A stretch of 64,000 bases of DNA from Candidatus Bathyarchaeota archaeon (GCA_963780185.1 CAWABA010000011.1:231402-295401), one strand, 5' to 3'. Counted from the first letter of the stretch, positions 50,899-61,010 are shown. Translations and numbers: made by a program. The notes: a model not told the origin generated them from the letters alone.

Positions 50899-52116
50899 CT
50901 ATTCTTTTTCAAGCCAGTTCCGTGAGTGCATCACCGTTTGCCCAGCCACTTTCAAAGCCAACGCGTCCTCATAGGGGCAGGCTTCAACGCATCGTGCGCA
51001 CAGGATGCATCTTGACTCGGTCACGTCGCCGCCTTTCTTCTCATAAACGTCAGTGGCTTGGGTTGGGCATACACGTTTGCAAACCCCGCATTTCGTGCAT
51101 TTCTTCTCATCCTTCATCAATTTGGTAATCGCTATCTGCTTAAACGGCGTGTAGCTGCTAAAAGCGGCGGTGAGGGCGCCCAGCGGGCAGATTCTGCAGA
51201 AGAACCGTCTATAAGCCAGGGCTAAAGCGGTGATTAGGATTAGGACGGCGATGTTTATGGATGAGATGTAGCCGCCTCGAATAGCGAATGGTCCATAAAT
51301 GATGTCCTGCACATAAGAAAACTTCATGGAACCCACGGCACACTCAACCAGCACGCAAAGCGGACGCATCGGACAAACCAAGCAGAAAGGCTCGTTGAGG
51401 AACCCGACGTTGCCTGCCTCAGTCCCTTCAGGTCCGCCCGGCGTCGTGCCTGGAATAAGTTGGTGACCGAAAATCTCGTAAGAAGCAAAGATGACGCTCA
51501 GAATCAGGAAAATAGCTATTATGACCCACCGTGATTGCGCCAGCGCCTTGTTAGTCTTCTCGGAGAAGGTTAGGTGCCGTCGCCTCGTTAGCTTGCGCAC
51601 CCGAGTCAGCAAGTCTTGGTAGAGACCGAAGGGACAGAGCCAACCACAGAAGAACCTGCCCAAGATGATGGCTGCAACCGCGACTAGACCTATGACTATG
51701 CCGATTTTCTCAAGACCCGACGTTGAGTAAATAACGTCGTAACCTCGCGCATAGTTCCAGAACGGGAAAATGTAAGCTTGAATCTGCCAAATTGGACACG
51801 TAACCGTTCGTCCGTTGGGGTAATAACAAGCCAAGACTGGGAACGAGATGCCGTCCGGGAACTGATTGCCCAACAGGTTGCCTCCGACTAGAAGGCTGCG
51901 AGGCGCAGCTCCCAAGGGCGCGTACAACGGAACATCGAATGGACCCAAAATCAGCCCCATGAAAAGCGCGAAGACGGCGGCAACTTGGATGAAAAGCCTA
52001 AGCGAACTCACGTTCCTCGTCTTATCTTTAGTTAATTTGTAGATTAGCAAGATTCCGATTACCACGACGGCAACGAAAATAGGCAGCACTATGAAGGCCG
52101 GGATCTGCCACGTCAC
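50899..52116 (-). CDS. membrane 4Fe-4S binding protein (NapH/MauN/YccM-like)
   Basis: GRFFCGWLCPFG, RRFFCRICPLG, CTKCGVCKRVCP, CILCARCVEACP. Confidence 0.9.
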   Translation of the reverse strand: MTWQIPAFIVLPIFVAVVVIGILLIYKLTKDKTRNVSSLRLFIQVAAVFALFMGLILGPFDVPLYAPLGAAPRSLLVGGNLLGNQFPDGISFPVLACYYPNGRTVTCPIWQIQAYIFPFWNYARGYDVIYSTSGLEKIGIVIGLVAVAAIILGRFFCGWLCPFGLYQDLLTRVRKLTRRRHLTFSEKTNKALAQSRWVIIAIFLILSVIFASYEIFGHQLIPGTTPGGPEGTEAGNVGFLNEPFCLVCPMRPLCVLVECAVGSMKFSYVQDIIYGPFAIRGGYISSINIAVLILITALALAYRRFFCRICPLGALTAAFSSYTPFKQIAITKLMKDEKKCTKCGVCKRVCPTQATDVYEKKGGDVTESRCILCARCVEACPYEDALALKVAGQTVMHSRNWLEKE

Positions 52117-52853
52117 AGCCACGCACCCCTCAACCACAAAGAATCCACAACTGGCAAGCGCCGCCTAAGCATTTCGCTCAACTCCCTTCCCTCACGCCTC
52201 CTAACCTCAACCTTAACAACCACAGCAACGCCAACTGTCACTGCAACCGCTATTGTTACCGCAATTGCGACTGAATGTTGTTCGTAAAAAGGCTGGTTGG
52301 ATTTTGCTAGCTGATTTGTGAAGCCAAAGTAGACGATACTTATGTTTCCAGTTAAGCCAGTCACAGTCACGGTTCCATTATGCGAAACGCTCCAGCCGTT
52401 GCTTACGAATGTGCCGTTGGTCGAGACAATCCAGTCGACGTTGCTTCCTCCGTGGAGGCCTACGCCCATGTTTATGACCTGTTCGCCTTTGCCTTGAGCT
52501 AAATAGGTTAGGCGTTCGTTCGGAAAATAAACGGTTGTAACGTAATGCGAGTAGACCGTAACGTTAGAGTCTTCAGCCGAAATTACAAGACTTCCCAGCG
52601 GCTGCGACCTGTTAAGGAGCAGATTTGCAAAAACCCACTTGTTATCTTCAAACACGGCTGACGTATAGGTTCCGTTTGAAGCAAAGCTGATGACGCCGTT
52701 GTATGCGGGAACCCTGAATTTTGTGGTATGCCCAAAGGCTGTTCTAGTTTGCGCCAACGTATTTGGGCAAGTCAACGTCGTCGTGAGGATAATAACGATT
52801 ATGGCAACTGCACTTGCATAGCCCTTTCTATTAATGCCGCTTAGCCCTCCCAC
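52113..52853 (-). CDS. cell-surface protein with signal peptide and C-terminal TM anchor
   Basis: hydrophobic ends, beta-rich N-glycosylation-prone core. Confidence 0.7.
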   Translation of the reverse strand: MGGLSGINRKGYASAVAIIVIILTTTLTCPNTLAQTRTAFGHTTKFRVPAYNGVISFASNGTYTSAVFEDNKWVFANLLLNRSQPLGSLVISAEDSNVTVYSHYVTTVYFPNERLTYLAQGKGEQVINMGVGLHGGSNVDWIVSTNGTFVSNGWSVSHNGTVTVTGLTGNISIVYFGFTNQLAKSNQPFYEQHSVAIAVTIAVAVTVGVAVVVKVEVRRREGRELSEMLRRRLPVVDSLWLRGAWL

Positions 52854-53021
52854 AATTCAATACAATAATTTCTTTTAGCTATAAGCCTTTTCAGACTCCA
52901 TAGTTTACCATCAGAATTCTTCGACGGACAGGCTTTAGTAATAGAAGTTTATTGTTTCCTACTTCGTTGCAGAAACGCACGGGACTGCGGGTCTGAAATT
53001 AGAACAGGAAGCGAATTTGAA

Positions 53022-54083
53022 ATGAACCGCAAAGGAGTGAGTTATGATGTTGGGCGAGTGATGGGTTTCAATTGGCGCCCCGATTTCGACGCAAAGACAG
53101 TTCGTCGAGAATTCTTGATTATCAAGGACGATTTGCACTGTAACGCCGTGAGGATTTGCGGACTCAACATCAAACGATTAATGTTCGCTGCCGAAAACGC
53201 GCTGGAGCAGGGCTTGGAGGTCTGGCTTTCTCCTGAGATGTGGGAAAAAAACCCAGAAAAGACACTAAAATACCTGGCAAAAGCTGCCGCGGAAGCAGAG
53301 AAGCTAAACCAGCGCTATCCAGAGCTGGTGGTGTTCAGCGTCGGTTCCGAATTGACTCTTTTTATGCAGGGTATAGTGCCTGGCAGAAACATTACTGCTC
53401 GAATTAGGAATCCCAATTTTAGGTCTTTGATCAAGGTTGGAGAACATAATAAGCTGCTCAACGAATTCCTCGCCAAAGCAAATGGCTCAGTAAGAGAAGT
53501 GTTTCATGGAAAATTAACGTACGCGTCGCTTGTCTGGGAAGAGGTAGATTGGAACCTTTTCGACTTCGTGGGCGTTGACCATTACAGAATCAACCGCATT
53601 GAAGACAAATATGTCGAAATGCTCAAGCCATCTTTAAATCACCATAAGCCAGTCGTGGTAACCGAGTTCGGCTACGGCACCTACCAAGGTGGTCTCGGCT
53701 CAGAAGGATTCCTAAGTTCATCAGGTCTCAACCCCGGCATCATAGATCTCAAGTCACAGTTCCTACATCAGCTTCCGCTTCTAGGCAGACTCGTACACCC
53801 ACGCACCAAAGGCAATCATGTTCGCGACGAAGAGTGGCAAGCGCGTAAGCTGACGGAAAACCTCGGTGTTCTCGACGATGCAGGCGTTGAGGGAGCCTTC
53901 GTGTTCCAGTTCATTTCACAAATCACTCCCTACGACGATAACCCCCGATTTGACCTTGATATGGCGAGTTCCAGCCTTGTAAAATACTACGATAACGGGA
54001 AACACGGCGAAACTTACCCCGATATGCCATGGGAACCGAAGGAGTCGTTTAGAGCTGTGGCGGATTACTACGGAAAACATTAA
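53022..54083 (+). CDS. glycoside-hydrolase-like TIM-barrel protein (clan GH-A-like)
   Basis: LHCNAVRI, FSVGSEL (acid/base-like), GVDHY, KPVVVTEFG (nucleophile-like). Confidence 0.7.
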   Translation: MNRKGVSYDVGRVMGFNWRPDFDAKTVRREFLIIKDDLHCNAVRICGLNIKRLMFAAENALEQGLEVWLSPEMWEKNPEKTLKYLAKAAAEAEKLNQRYPELVVFSVGSELTLFMQGIVPGRNITARIRNPNFRSLIKVGEHNKLLNEFLAKANGSVREVFHGKLTYASLVWEEVDWNLFDFVGVDHYRINRIEDKYVEMLKPSLNHHKPVVVTEFGYGTYQGGLGSEGFLSSSGLNPGIIDLKSQFLHQLPLLGRLVHPRTKGNHVRDEEWQARKLTENLGVLDDAGVEGAFVFQFISQITPYDDNPRFDLDMASSSLVKYYDNGKHGETYPDMPWEPKESFRAVADYYGKH

Positions 54084-54151
54084 CCCTTCGAAGTTGCTTT
54101 TGGACTTGTTTATAACTTTGAAGCTTTCAGTTTAAGGACAGGCATCATCCC

Positions 54152-54409
54152 ATGGCGACGAGAGCAAACGCTAAAATCCGTTTAAAACTTGGATCTGAAG
54201 AACAATTGACCACGCTTCTTCAGGCTCTCGACCCCGAAGCCAAAGCGACCGTAACAAGACGCGCCACGGTAAAACTTGAAAAAGACGGCTTGTTCCTCGT
54301 GTTGACGGTTGATGCAGAGGATACGATTGCGTTGCGGGCGACTCTGAATGCTTATTTGAGGTGGATAGGCGCGGCGATCAACGTTATCGACGTGGTTGGG
54401 GAAGCCTAA
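54152..54409 (+). CDS. pcc1: KEOPS complex subunit Pcc1
   Basis: ALDPE ... LTVDAEDTIALRATLNAYLRW. Confidence 0.88.
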   Translation: MATRANAKIRLKLGSEEQLTTLLQALDPEAKATVTRRATVKLEKDGLFLVLTVDAEDTIALRATLNAYLRWIGAAINVIDVVGEA

Positions 54410-54421
54410 CTTAGGTAGCCT

Positions 54422-54676
54422 TTACTTGTATTTTGCTTTGAACATCAAGATTGCAAGCGCTTGGACGAAGGCTAAGGAATTCGCAAGTATGATGGGCAAG
54501 TCGTTGATGTAGAGTCCGTAGACAAACCACAAAAATAAGCCGCCGCAGTAGAGCGTGAACATCCCTGTTGAGATGTCTTTGGTTGACTTGGTTTTCCAGA
54601 CTTTCATCAGCTGCGGAAGAAGTGCGACCGTTGTGAAGGCTGCGGCGATTAAGCCGATGACTGTTATTGTATCCAT
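54422..54676 (-). CDS. SemiSWEET / PQ-loop transporter
   Basis: LLPQLMKVWKTKSTKDIS, W.VYG, PIILAN. Confidence 0.9.
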   Translation of the reverse strand: MDTITVIGLIAAAFTTVALLPQLMKVWKTKSTKDISTGMFTLYCGGLFLWFVYGLYINDLPIILANSLAFVQALAILMFKAKYK

Positions 54677-55228
54677 TATGCTCTTCCGTCTATAGCTTGC
54701 ATTTGATTAGTATTTAGGTTTCGCAAAAGAAACAATTAATCCACATTGACGCCATGGTTGTTGGCGTCACTGCACAACCAAAAATGTTCTTAAAACAAAA
54801 CGGTTCTCTCAAACTTGAGCGGCCCGCCTGAATCAAAATCTCAGTTTTCTCGCTCAAACGGAAAGATTGAGCAATCGAAGTTTTCAATCCAAAAAAGACA
54901 CAGCCAACGAGCCAGCAGGTTTAGACTCTGAAGGCAAACCGCTCCCAACTCCATCAACTGGGGCAGCTGTCTTGTCCGTAGCGTACTATTATCAGCGGAG
55001 ACGAAAAAAGAATGCGACAGTCAGTGAAGGCGCTGATCAGCCAGCCCGTTCTTTGAGCGATCAAAAGATGGTGGAACAGGAAGAAATAACTGATGAAAAA
55101 GAAAATTATTAGTATAAACAGTATTCTCTTACCTAAGCCTCAGTAAAGTTTTCCCTGTCAAAAAGGTTTAAATAAACACTGTCTCATTTCGTATATGCTT
55201 TCAATGTAAAAACGGATGAAAATTTAGC

Positions 55229-55720
55229 ATGTCACAGGAATATCGTCATATACTTCGTATTATGGGCACCGACGTTCCAGGTACCCTTAAGACTTCTTAC
55301 GCTATCGCACAAATAAAAGGTGTTAGCTTTAGCCTCTCAAATGCAATTTTGAAGAAGGCGGAAGTAAATCCTGACCTGCGAGTAGGCTTCCTAACAGAGT
55401 CAGATTTGTCAAAGATTGAAAACGTAATTAGGGAGCTTTCAAAGAGCAGCGTTCCAACTTGGCTTTTTAATAGGCGAAAAGACTCGGACTCAGGAAAAGA
55501 CATGCATCTTCTAAGTGCTGACTTAGTTTTAAGGACAAAAACTGATATTGACGAGGCCAAAAATATCAGATCTTGGCGTGGATACCGTCATGCATACAGC
55601 CTCAAAGTCCGTGGTCAACACACGAAAACCACTGGAAGAGCAGGCAAGGCTTTAGGTGTCAAGAAGAAGACTCTACTGCAGAAACCTGGCGCGCCAGCAG
55701 CTGCTGAAGGAGGCAAATAA
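55229..55720 (+). CDS. rps13: 30S ribosomal protein S13
   Basis: WLFNRRKD, SWRGYRH..LKVRGQHTKTTGR. Confidence 0.96.
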   Translation: MSQEYRHILRIMGTDVPGTLKTSYAIAQIKGVSFSLSNAILKKAEVNPDLRVGFLTESDLSKIENVIRELSKSSVPTWLFNRRKDSDSGKDMHLLSADLVLRTKTDIDEAKNIRSWRGYRHAYSLKVRGQHTKTTGRAGKALGVKKKTLLQKPGAPAAAEGGK

Positions 55721-55722
55721 AC

Positions 55723-56313
55723 ATGGGGGATCCGAAGAAGCAACGTAAAAAGTTTGATACGCCAAGGTTCCGTTGGCGCAAAGACATCCTTCAAGAAGAG
55801 CTCAAACTTCTGGGTCAATATGGCTTGCGCAACAAACATGAACTTTGGCGCCACAAGACAAGTCTGTCTAAGACCAGAGGCATCGCCCGTTCACTAATCA
55901 GCAAGACTCCTGAAGAACGAGCACGAATGGAAAATGAGCAGTTGACAAAACTCAAGAAAGTCGGTATTCTGCAGGAAACTGCCGTTTTAGATAACGTTTT
56001 AGACTTAACCATTGAAGACATTTTGGAGCGTAGGCTTCAAACAATCGTTTTCCGCAAGGGCTTAGCAAGAACAGTGTTCCAATCCCGCCAACTAATCACT
56101 CACGGACACATAAGCATAGACAACCGCCGAATAACCGTTCCAGGATACATGGTGGCAAAAGCTGATGAAGCCAAAGTTGTCTACTCACCTGAAAGCGCTG
56201 TCGCAAACCAAGCCCACCCATTACGCGCCGGTTTATCTGTTGTGGCTAAACAGCCTGAAATTAGGCCACCTAGCCGAGGTAGACGAGGCGGAAGAGGAGG
56301 CGGCAGATTCTGA
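55723..56313 (+). CDS. rps4: 30S ribosomal protein S4
   Basis: [27 protein letters not shown]. Confidence 0.96.
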   Translation: MGDPKKQRKKFDTPRFRWRKDILQEELKLLGQYGLRNKHELWRHKTSLSKTRGIARSLISKTPEERARMENEQLTKLKKVGILQETAVLDNVLDLTIEDILERRLQTIVFRKGLARTVFQSRQLITHGHISIDNRRITVPGYMVAKADEAKVVYSPESAVANQAHPLRAGLSVVAKQPEIRPPSRGRRGGRGGGRF

Positions 56314-56714
56314 GCGCCAACAGCAAAAGAAACGATAAATGGGCAATCGTGCACATCTTCAGCTCTTACAACAACACCTTGATCCACATCACTGACATCT
56401 CAGGCGCGGAAACAATCGCCCGAACAAGCGGCGGTATGTTCGTTAAAGCAGACCGTATGGAGTCCTCTCCGTACGCTGCGATGCGTGCAGCAACCGGGGC
56501 GGCAGAAGTAGCCCGAGACAAGGGAATCACAGCCATCCACATTAAAGTTAGAGCCCCCGGCGGTAGTGGTCCAAGAACTCCAGGTCCAGGCGCCCAAGCA
56601 GCCATCCGTGCATTGGCAAGGTTTGGGTTCCGTATTGAACGCATTGAAGAAGTAACCCCAATTCCTCATGATGGCACAAGAAGGCCTGGCGGCAGAAGAG
56701 GAAGAAGAGTCTAA
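56310..56714 (+). CDS. rps11: 30S ribosomal protein S11 (probable CTG start at 56310)
   Basis: [41 protein letters not shown]. Confidence 0.95.
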   Translation: MSANSKRNDKWAIVHIFSSYNNTLIHITDISGAETIARTSGGMFVKADRMESSPYAAMRAATGAAEVARDKGITAIHIKVRAPGGSGPRTPGPGAQAAIRALARFGFRIERIEEVTPIPHDGTRRPGGRRGRRV

Positions 56715-56815
56715 ACTCAGTTTCCCTTCTTTATTGACAGAAAAATTGAAATAATGCACCTATATCTCTATTGAACCAAAACCTGTACAGTAATCTTATT
56801 GGAGTGTCTCAGCAA

Positions 56816-57631
56816 GTGAAAATGGAAATCCTTGAAAAAAACGATAGCAACCTCCGCGTAATCATCAGGGACGCGGATGTTCCGTTAATGAACGCTCTGC
56901 GCCGCATAGCGCTTGCTGAAGTGCCGACCATGGCAATCGAAGAAGTTGTCATGATTGAGAACAGCTCCATACTGCAAGACGAAATAATCGCTCACAGGCT
57001 GGGACTTACCCCGCTGAAAACCGATTTAGACGCGTATAACCTTCCTGAAGAATGCGAATGCCAAAGTGAATTCGGCTGTCCACAATGCCGAGTAACCCTC
57101 ACCATCGACGCTGAAGCGAAGGAAGGAACAAGAACGGTTTATTCAGGAGAAATCGTTTCTGAAAACCCTGAAATTATTCCAGTGTCAGATAAGATCCCGA
57201 TAATTAAGCTTGCCAAGAACCAGAAGCTGAAGCTTGAGGCTTATGCTCGTTTGGGCAGAGGCAAGGTCCATGCGAAATGGCAGCCCGTTTCAATGTGCGT
57301 TTACAAATATTACCCGAAAATCACAGTTCCATTGGAGAAATGCGAAGAGTGCTCAAAATGCGTTGATAACTGCCCCAAAAAAGTGCTGGCAGTTAAAGAT
57401 GAAAAAGTCGATGTTCGAGACCTCTTGGCATGCAACCTCTGCATGGACTGCGTTGAAGCTTGCCCAAAGAAGCCTTCACCGCTCACAGTTGAATGGGAAA
57501 AGAACGCTTTCATAATGAACATCGAATCAACAGGTGCACTTCCTCCGGGACGTATTCTCCAAGAAGCCACCAAAACATTAGGTAAACAACTAAACGAAAT
57601 TGAAGAATTGTTAAAGGCTGAATCGCAATGA
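56816..57631 (+). CDS. rpoD: RNA polymerase subunit D (Rpo3) with Fe-S domain
   Basis: NALRRIALAEVPTMAI, DEIIAHRLGL, HAKWQP, CEECSKCVDNCP/CNLCMDCVEACP. Confidence 0.95.
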   Translation: MKMEILEKNDSNLRVIIRDADVPLMNALRRIALAEVPTMAIEEVVMIENSSILQDEIIAHRLGLTPLKTDLDAYNLPEECECQSEFGCPQCRVTLTIDAEAKEGTRTVYSGEIVSENPEIIPVSDKIPIIKLAKNQKLKLEAYARLGRGKVHAKWQPVSMCVYKYYPKITVPLEKCEECSKCVDNCPKKVLAVKDEKVDVRDLLACNLCMDCVEACPKKPSPLTVEWEKNAFIMNIESTGALPPGRILQEATKTLGKQLNEIEELLKAESQ

Positions 57632-57990
57632 AAGAGTCAAAATCAACAAATCCCGAATTAACCCAGCTTATCGATATGCTCAAGAAGGAGAGCAAAGAAA
57701 AACAAGCAGCCATATGGCTGGATATTGCAGAGTATCTTTCTAAGACACGTAGCCAACGCATCTCCGTTAACCTGAGCACAATAAACAGGAACACAAAACG
57801 CGCTGAAACAGTGGTTGTTCCAGGCAAAATCTTAGGGTCAGGCAGCATAAACCATGCTTTGACTATCGCGGCGTTTGGTGCTTCTGAGAAAGCCAAGGCG
57901 AAACTTTTGGCTGCAAAAGGAAAATATATTTCTATTCCCGAGCTCATGGAGAAGAATCCTAAGGGCTCAAACATCAGGATTATTCGGTGA
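57628..57990 (+). CDS. rpl18e: 50S ribosomal protein L18e
   Basis: TNPEL, VNLSTINR, VVVPGKILGSG. Confidence 0.94.
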   Translation: MKESKSTNPELTQLIDMLKKESKEKQAAIWLDIAEYLSKTRSQRISVNLSTINRNTKRAETVVVPGKILGSGSINHALTIAAFGASEKAKAKLLAAKGKYISIPELMEKNPKGSNIRIIR

Positions 57991-58439
57991 AAAACATGCA
58001 AACCCCAAAAGCTCCAGTTACCCTCGTTAATGCTGAAGGATTGATAGTTGGCAGACTTTGCAGTAAAGTTGCTAAGCGGCTTCTAAACGGGGAAGAAGTA
58101 ATCATTCTTAACGCTGAAAAAGCCGTGTTCTCAGGCAAAAAGAAAAGCAAAGTCGCAGAAGCCAAACAGTTTCTCGAAGTAGGCGCACCAGAACGCGGTC
58201 CATTCCATTACCGCAGACCAGACAAGTATCTGCGCAAAACCGTGCGAGGCATGGTTCCATTCAAGCAACCTAGAGGCAAAACAGCCTATAAACGTCTCAA
58301 GGTCTTCATGGGTGTACCCTTGGAGCTTAAAGGCAAAGAAATGATTACGTTCACAGAAGCCTCATCTGCCAACCTGAAAGGGCCACATTTCACCCTTCTG
58401 GAACTGGCCAAAGAGATAGGCTGGAGTAAAGGTGACTAA
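57987..58439 (+). CDS. rpl13: 50S ribosomal protein L13
   Basis: GRLCSKVAKRLL, GPFHYRRPD, VRGMVP. Confidence 0.95.
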   Translation: MKNMQTPKAPVTLVNAEGLIVGRLCSKVAKRLLNGEEVIILNAEKAVFSGKKKSKVAEAKQFLEVGAPERGPFHYRRPDKYLRKTVRGMVPFKQPRGKTAYKRLKVFMGVPLELKGKEMITFTEASSANLKGPHFTLLELAKEIGWSKGD

Positions 58440-58441
58440 TT

Positions 58442-58852
58442 ATGCCCGCGAAGAAAGTTTTAGTTGTCAGTGGAAAACGAAAAACCGCTGTAGCCCGCGC
58501 CGTAGTTAAACAAGGCGTTGGACGAGTGCGGATAAACAGGACTCCTGTTGAAATTTACGAACCCGATATTGCGAAAGCAAAAATCATGGAGCCGCTACTG
58601 CAGGCAGGTACAGAGGTCTGGGAGCAACTAGACATGGATGTCCAAACCAGCGGCGGAGGCTACATGGGTCAGGCGGAAGCAGCCCGGGTGTCAATTGCAA
58701 ACGCGCTTTTGAAATGGACGAAGAGTACTCATCTGCGTACCGTTTTCAGCGAATACGATCGAACCATGATTGTCGGTGACAGTCGAGCTAAAGAAACCAA
58801 AAAAGTCGGTGGAGCAGGCGCACGGTCTAAGGAACAGAAGAGTTACAGGTAA
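58442..58852 (+). CDS. rps9: 30S ribosomal protein S9
   Basis: GKRKTAVARA, GGGYMGQAEA, QKSYR. Confidence 0.96.
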   Translation: MPAKKVLVVSGKRKTAVARAVVKQGVGRVRINRTPVEIYEPDIAKAKIMEPLLQAGTEVWEQLDMDVQTSGGGYMGQAEAARVSIANALLKWTKSTHLRTVFSEYDRTMIVGDSRAKETKKVGGAGARSKEQKSYR

Positions 58853-58864
58853 GGAGAGAAAAAC

Positions 58865-59095
58865 ATGATCATTCCAGTAAGATGTTTCACCTGCGGCAAA
58901 CTCGTCGGCGACCAATGGGATGAATTCACACGTCGAATCAAAACAGGCGAAAACGCAAGCGACATCCTTGACAGCCTCGGCATAAAACGTTACTGCTGCA
59001 GACGCATGCTTCTCTCAAACGTCGAAATAATCGATGAAGTCCTGCGGTTCTACGAAGAAGCAGAAAAAAGAAAAGAAGCACGCAACTTCTACTAA
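58865..59095 (+). CDS. rpoN: RNA polymerase subunit N (Rpo10)
   Basis: [21 protein letters not shown]. Confidence 0.97.
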   Translation: MIIPVRCFTCGKLVGDQWDEFTRRIKTGENASDILDSLGIKRYCCRRMLLSNVEIIDEVLRFYEEAEKRKEARNFY

Positions 59096-59208
59096 ACCGC
59101 CTTTTTAGTCCTAGTTTTTCAGTTAGTTAGCTTCGGCTTTATTCTTCGTTTACCATTGATTGTTCATGCCGGTAGAACGATGTATGGTCAGCCGTTGTTT
59201 TTTACTAG

Positions 59209-59528
59209 TTTTTGTGGTTGGTTTTGGTCACAAATACTAGACCCCCTCCCTCGGGTCGGCTTTTGGGAATCCATTTTTACCTTGGTTTTTTGATGTAAAA
59301 ATGGGGTACCCTCTTTGGTAACAAGTCATTTTTGTGTTGGTTTCTGCTTACAAGTACTAGACCCTCTCCCGTCGGTTTTTCTTTTTTTGTCCCGGCTACC
59401 CTACGGTTTTCTAGATGATCCAAATAGAAGCATCTAGAGGAGGAGCCAAATAGACATAAAAAAGTCTTCTGAGCACCCGTTGTGTGCATGCAACGTCTAC
59501 CCTCCCGGTCTACTAGATGATCCAAATA
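59209..59528 (+). repeat. cluster of imperfect direct repeats downstream of rpoN
   Basis: 59209-59259 resembles 59329-59375 (TACTAGACCCYCTCCC..GTCGG, 120-bp spacing); 59396-59426 resembles 59497-59528 (CTACCCT...CTAGATGATCCAAATA). Confidence 0.75.
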
Positions 59529-59644
59529 TGCCCCAAATATGAAACAACATACTTCAACATAGGGTGAAATCCCGAGGTTTTGACCATGAAAAGACGCTTA
59601 TCAACATCGAAATAGAATGCTGTTTGCCGCCGCTCACGTTGCTT

Positions 59645-60344
59645 TTACAGTTGAATTACCGCGTTTACCAGCGCCACTATCCCAAGCAGAATCAGTATCG
59701 CGGCGCCGCCAATTGAAATCCATTTCCTCAACAGGGGTGCCTTGTTAAGAAGCCAGCCTGTGACGCCTCCTAGGTAGAAGCATCGGTGACAGGGCGGTTC
59801 CTAAACCAAACAGGACGGCTAACCCGACACTGCCAAGCGGCGTTGAAAAAGGCAGTGAGTAAACCAGAAGAGCGATCAAAGGTGGACAGATGATTAACCC
59901 TCTGCCCAAACCCAACGTAAACGCCTTAAAATCAAAGCCGAACCTACCCGCTTTCACAGGTATAGCGAGTTTTTCTCCGTTCGACGCGTTAAATTCGCAT
60001 GGAGACCTTGATTTCAGGACGATGCTTACGCCAATGACCATGGCTAAAATGCCGAAGGCGATGGCAGAGTAAGTTTGGAAAGGCGAAATTGCGGAGTTAG
60101 GGACAACCATTCGGAACAGACCGCTAAACAAACCCACCAAGCACCCTATCAAAGCATAAGCCACTATTCGTCCGCCGTTGAAAATCACCGTTATCGTTAT
60201 GCCTTTGCGGAAGCCGGCGCCGACGCCTGCGATGTAGCTTGCCAAGTAAGGCAGACATGAAGCAGTGCAGACAGCTAATCCGTAGAGCAATCCGCCAGCA
60301 AACGCCGCCAGAAACGGGTTGGAAACTTCAGGTATCAAAGACAT
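59645..60344 (-). CDS. DsbD_2/CcdA-like membrane protein (frameshift near 59775)
   Basis: CTASCLP, GRIVAY, LIICPP, FGLGT; the shifted frame gives a final TM ending in TAA at 59645. Confidence 0.8.
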
Positions 60345-60677
60345 GGAAAGCGCTCAGCAACTTTTAATGAAGCAAGTATTGGGGAGAAGGATTCTTAAAC
60401 CTTACATTGAATCGCCTCAGTATCCGAAACTAAGCTAATGTGCAGTTTTTGAGCATGCGAGGCTTGGAATCGTAAATGCGCGAATACTTACGTTTCCTCC
60501 TTTTTCTGAAAGAATTGCGCTCTTCATGTCAAATTGCGTATTTCATGTTAAAAGCTTAGTGTTTCATTTTTCGGACGGTTGAAGCACCTTTCAATCAGCG
60601 GGATAAATAGGGTAAGAAACAACGCTTTCGCAAGGCAAAACATGGAGTCTATTGCCATGAGATTGTTTAAAACATGT

Positions 60678-60685
60678 TTTATAAA
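60678..60685 (+). promoter_or_regulatory. TATA box (TTTATAAA) of the candidate ncRNA
   Basis: about 25 nt upstream of the 5' strand of the closing stem at 60706. Confidence 0.55.
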
Positions 60686-60705
60686 ACCTACGCCTATTAT
60701 AATTT

Positions 60706-60933
60706 GCGGGTTGGGGAGCACGCTTTAAATGCAAATGCATTGAAGCAAAGAGTGTGTCAATTAAAACAGCGGAAAATTGGCATGCGAAAAAGACTTTGCT
60801 TTAATGGGCTGGGCGTAGCAATGTAGCACTGGAGCTATGAGCGACGTGGTCAAAACGGTGAAAGACCATGAAACGTCAAAGACATGGCTTCAATGGGCCG
60901 TGAAACATTCCTTAAGGCTTAGACCCAACCTGC
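60706..60933 (+). ncRNA. candidate 228-nt multi-helix structured RNA
   Basis: GCGGGTTGGG/CCCAACCTGC closing stem plus four internal hairpins rich in plus-strand G-U pairs; TATA box upstream. Confidence 0.65.
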
Positions 60934-61010
60934 TTAACTCTACTTAAGCAACGTTTTCTGATCCTCCAATAGCCATGCCAATTCATTTCTCGCGTGAGGA
61001 ATTGAACCTA

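Noticed and set aside
53022-54083. Abortive-infection defence gene, a label I recall on similar proteins
   Set aside because: Motifs fit a glycoside-hydrolase-like barrel and there is no defence context
54867-55112. 81-aa ORF before rps13
   Set aside because: Looks like a decayed C-terminal anchor fragment with a truncated TM and has no recognisable domain
59209-59528. CRISPR array or canonical ORB origin
   Set aside because: Only pairs of imperfect repeats with irregular spacing; no TCCA..GAAAC ORB core; no cas or cdc6 gene in the window
60706-60933. RNase P RNA, SRP RNA or hammerhead ribozyme
   Set aside because: GGCTTA near the 3' end is RNase P-like, but GAGGAAAGTCC, the SRP helix-8 motif and CUGANGA are all missing
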